This document shows, one piece after another, positions 60,401 through 64,000 of a DNA stretch of 64,000 nt (positions within the stretch are counted from its first letter, which is position 1; every line of letters begins with the position of its first letter). Both the position numbers and the translations under genes were made by a program. Location of the stretch: positions 32,738,001 through 32,802,000 of the forward strand of contig CM059433.1 of assembly GCA_030390025.1 (NCBI GenBank), read 5' to 3'. The notes under the pieces are model-generated. The model worked only from the letters and a program-made list of their open reading frames with translations, was not told the DNA's origin and ran no database searches. This DNA comes from Squalus acanthias (lineage: Eukaryota).

Positions 60401-63400
60401 ATCGAATGAATCACAGGATCAATCATAGGATCAATCATAGAATCAATCATTGGATCAATCATAGGATCAATCATAGAATCAATCATAGAATCAATCATAG
60501 GATCAATCATAGAATCAATCACAGGATCATTCATAGAATCGATCCTAGAATCAATCACAGGATCAATCATAGAATCAATCATAGAATCAATCATAGAATC
60601 CAGCATTGAATCAAACGTCACAGGGTCAATCATAGAATCAGACATAGCTTCAATGATAAGATCAATAATAGAATCAATGACAGGATCAATCATAGAATCA
60701 ATCATAGTATCAATCATAGGATCATCTTAGAACCAATCATCGAATAAATTATAGGAACAATAATAGAATCAATCACAGGCTCAATCATAGAATCAATCAT
60801 AGAATCAGTCGTAGAATCAATCATAGAATCCATCATAGGATCAATCATAGAATCAATCATAGAATCAATGATTGGATCAATCATAGGATCAATCATAGAA
60901 TCAATCATAGAATCAATCACAGGATCAATCATAGAATCAATCATAGAATTAATCATTGAATCATACATTGAATCAATCACAGGACCAATCATCGAATCAA
61001 TCATATAATCAATCATAGGATCAATCATAGAATCAATCATAGAATCAATCACAGAATCAATGACAGAATCAATCATAGAATCAATCATGGACTTAATCAT
61101 TGAATCATACATTGAATCAATCTCAGGATCAATCATCGAATAAATCATTGAATCAATCACAGTATCAATCATAGAATCAATCATAGAAACAATCATAGAA
61201 TCAATCATAGAAGCAATTGCAGAATCAATCATGGAATCAATCATCGAATCAATCATCGGATCAATCATAGAATCAATCAAGAGGTCAATCACAGGATCTA
61301 TAATAGAAGCAATCAAAGAATCAATCAAAGAATGAGTCTTAGAATCAACCATAGGATCAATCCCAGAGTCAATCATAGGATCAATCATAGAGTCAATCAC
61401 AGAATCAGTCATTGAATCAATTAAAGGATCAATCATAGGATCAATCAGGGCAGCAATCACATGATCAATCACAGAATCAATCATATAATCAATCCTTGAA
61501 TCAATCATTGAATCAATCAAAGAATCAATCCTAGAATCAATCAAAGAATCAATCAAAGAATCAATCCTAGAATCAATCATAGGATCAATCCGAGAATCAA
61601 TCACAGGTCAATCATAGAATCAATCAGAGGATCACTCATAGGATCAATCACAGGATCAATCATAGGATCAATCATAGAATCAATCATAGAATCAATCATT
61701 GGATCAATCATAGAATCAATCATAGGATCAATCACAGGATCAATCATGGAATTAATCATAGAATCAATCATAGAATCAATCACAGGATCAATCATAGAAT
61801 CAATCACAGGATCAATCATAGAATCAATCATAGATTCAATCATAGAATCAATCATAGAAGCAATCATAGAAGCAATCATAGAATCAATCATAGTATCAAT
61901 CAGATAATCAATCAAAGGATCAATCATAGAATCAAACATAGAATCAATCCTAGAAGCAAACATAGAATCAATCATAGGATCAATCATAGAATCAATCATA
62001 GAATCAATCATAGGATCAATCATAGAATCAATCACAGGATCAATCACAGGATCAATCATTGAATCAATCAGAGAAGCAAACATAGAACAATCATAGAATC
62101 AATCATATAATCAATCATAAAATCAATCATAGGATCAATCACAGGATCAATAATTGAATCAATCATAGAAACAGCAATAGCATCAATGATAGGATCAATA
62201 ATAGAATCAATCACAGGATCAATCATCGAATGAATCACAGGATAAATCATAGGATCAATCATAGAATCAATCATTGGATCAATCATAGGATCAATCATAG
62301 AAGCAATCATAGAATCAATCATAGGATCAATCATAGAATCAATCACAGGATCATTCATAGAATCGATCCTAGAATCAATCACAGGATCAATCATAGTCAA
62401 TCATAGAATCAATCATAGAATCCAGCATTGAATCAAACATCGAATCAATCTTAGAATCAGACATAGCTTCAATGATAAGATCAATAATAGAATCAATCAC
62501 AGGGTCAATCATAGAATCAATCATAGAATCAATGATAGGATAAATAATAGAATCAATCACAGGATCAATCATAGAATCAATCATAGAATCAATCATAAAA
62601 TCAATCATAGGATCAATCACAGGATCAATAATTGAATCAATCATAGAAACAGCAATAGCATCAATGATAGGATCAATAATAGAACCAAGCACAGGATCAA
62701 TCATCGAATGAATCACAGGATAAATCATAGGATCAATCATAGAATCAATCATTGGATCAATCATAGGATCAATCATTGAAGCAATCATAGAATCAATCAT
62801 AGGATCAATCATAGAATCAATCACAGGATCATTCATAGAATCGATCCTAGAATCAATCACAGGATCAATCATTAAATCAATCATAGAATCAATCATAGAA
62901 TCCAGCATTGAATCAAACATTGAATCAATCTTAGAATCAGACATAGCTTCAATGATAAGATCAATAATACAATCAATCACAGGGTCAATCATAGAATCAA
63001 TCATAGAATCAATGATAGGATCAATAATAGAATCAATCACAGGATCAATCATAGAATCAATCATAGTATCAATCATAGGATCATCATAGAACCAATCATC
63101 GAATAAATTATAGGAAGAATAATAGAATCAATCACAGGCTCAATCATAGAATCAATCATAGAATCAGTCGTAGAATCAATCATAGAATCCATCATAGGAT
63201 CAATCATAGAATCAATCATAGAATCAATGATTGGATCAATCATAGGATCAATCATAGAATCAATCATAGAATCAATCACAGGATCAATCATAGAATCAAT
63301 CATAGATTTAATCATTGAATCATACATTGAATCAATCACAGGACCAATCATCGAATCAATCATATAATCAATCATAGGATCAATCATAAAATCAATCATA

Positions 63401-64000
63401 GAATCAATCACAGAATCAATGACAGAATCAATCATAGAATCGATCATGGACTTAATCATTTAATCATACATTGAATCAATCTCAGGATCAATCATCGAAT
63501 AAATCATTGAATCAATCACAGTATCATACATTGAATCAATCTCAGGATCAATCATCGAATAAATCATTGAATCAATCACAGTATCAATCATAGAATCAAT
63601 CATAGAAACAATCATAGAATCAATCATAGAAGCATTCGCAGAATCAATCATGGAATCAATCATCGAATCAATCATCGGATCAATCATAGAATCAATCAAG
63701 AGCTCAATCACAGGATCTATAATAGAAGCAATCAAAGAATCAATCAATGAATGAGTCCTAGAATCAACCAAAAGATCAATCCTAGAGTCAATCACAGAAT
63801 CAATCATAGAATCAATTAAAGGATCAATCATAGGATCAATCAGGGGACAATCACAGGATCAATCACAGAATCAATCATATAATCAATCCTTGAATCAATC
63901 ATTGAATCAATCAAAGAATCAATCCTAGAATCAATCAAAGAATCAATCAAAGAATCAATCCTAGAATCAATCATAGGATCAATCCGAGAATCAATCGCAG
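57450..64000. repeat. Divergent satellite domain containing three copies of a degenerate block (spacings 2928 and 2359 bp)
   Basis: The landmark GAATCAGTCGTA occurs at 57874, 60802 and 63161. Markers essentially confined to this domain include GCTTCAATGATA, GAATCGATCCTA, GAATCATACATT, GGACTTAATC, GAGTCAATC and runs of ATCAATCAAAGA/ATCAATCCTAGA. Confidence 0.85.

Larger units (their letters stand above)
1..64000. repeat. 12-bp tandem satellite array, consensus (ATCAATCATAGA)n with major variants ATCAATCATAGG and ATCAATCACAGG; about 5,300 monomers; runs off both window edges
   Basis: Every line of the window parses into ATCAATCA+NNNN monomers or 1-4 substitution variants of them. No inversion or non-repeat insert was seen. 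The consensus + strand is 6 A, 3 T, 2 C, 1 G. Confidence 0.99.

Noticed and set aside
429..60609. Plus-strand (INHR)n and (SIIE/SITG)n ORFs
   Set aside because: These are the other stop-free frames of the same repeat. They overlap the minus-strand ORFs and start and stop at chance point variants.
1..64000. CRISPR array or other repeat-spacer system
   Set aside because: There are no unique spacers: the variable part is only 4 bp from a small recurring set. No cas genes or leader are present.
1..64000. Telomerase-synthesised telomeric tract
   Set aside because: There is no G-run-rich strand resembling known telomere motifs. Variants are inherited in kb-scale blocks, indicating recombinational amplification rather than templated addition. 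A subtelomeric location cannot be excluded.
1..64000. Bacterial or plasmid origin iterons, or a Dam/CcrM methylation-site cluster
   Set aside because: The GATC/GANTC density follows trivially from the monomer. 64 kb without any gene is incompatible with a prokaryotic replicon region, and no DnaA boxes or rep gene were seen.
1..64000. Synthetic sequence or sequencing artefact
   Set aside because: Hierarchically shared variants, nested duplications and a divergence gradient are what natural satellite evolution produces. Only exact HOR copy numbers remain open to assembly error.
1..64000. Nucleosome-length (about 150-180 bp) or 10-bp bending periodicity
   Set aside because: I could not see a consistent 12-15-monomer sub-period by eye, and 12 bp is out of phase with the helical repeat. 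A spectral analysis of the monomer-variant string would be needed to support it.

Overview
All 64 kb is one uninterrupted, head-to-tail, single-orientation array of a 12-bp satellite (about 5,300 monomers). The + strand consensus is ATCAATCATAGA, with major variants ATCAATCATAGG and ATCAATCACAGG. I found no unique sequence, RNA gene, mobile element, CRISPR array or credible protein-coding gene. The many ORFs, (MIDS/MIDP/VIDP)n, (INHR)n and (SIIE)n, are simply the stop-free reading frames of the 12-mer. What is informative is the internal architecture. Diagnostic variant monomers show a mosaic of higher-order repeats (periods 2820, 1103/1211, 4207/2111, 1402, 2300/2252, about 6900, 1198 and 2359/2928 bp) built from shared ancestral modules. 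The array is near-identical at the left end and more diverged at the right end. This organisation is typical of eukaryotic heterochromatic or (peri)centromeric satellite DNA, but I do not recognise the family and cannot assign organism or function from the sequence. All counts and offsets were read by eye from landmark motifs and should be confirmed computationally. I see no evidence for a new gene-encoded system.
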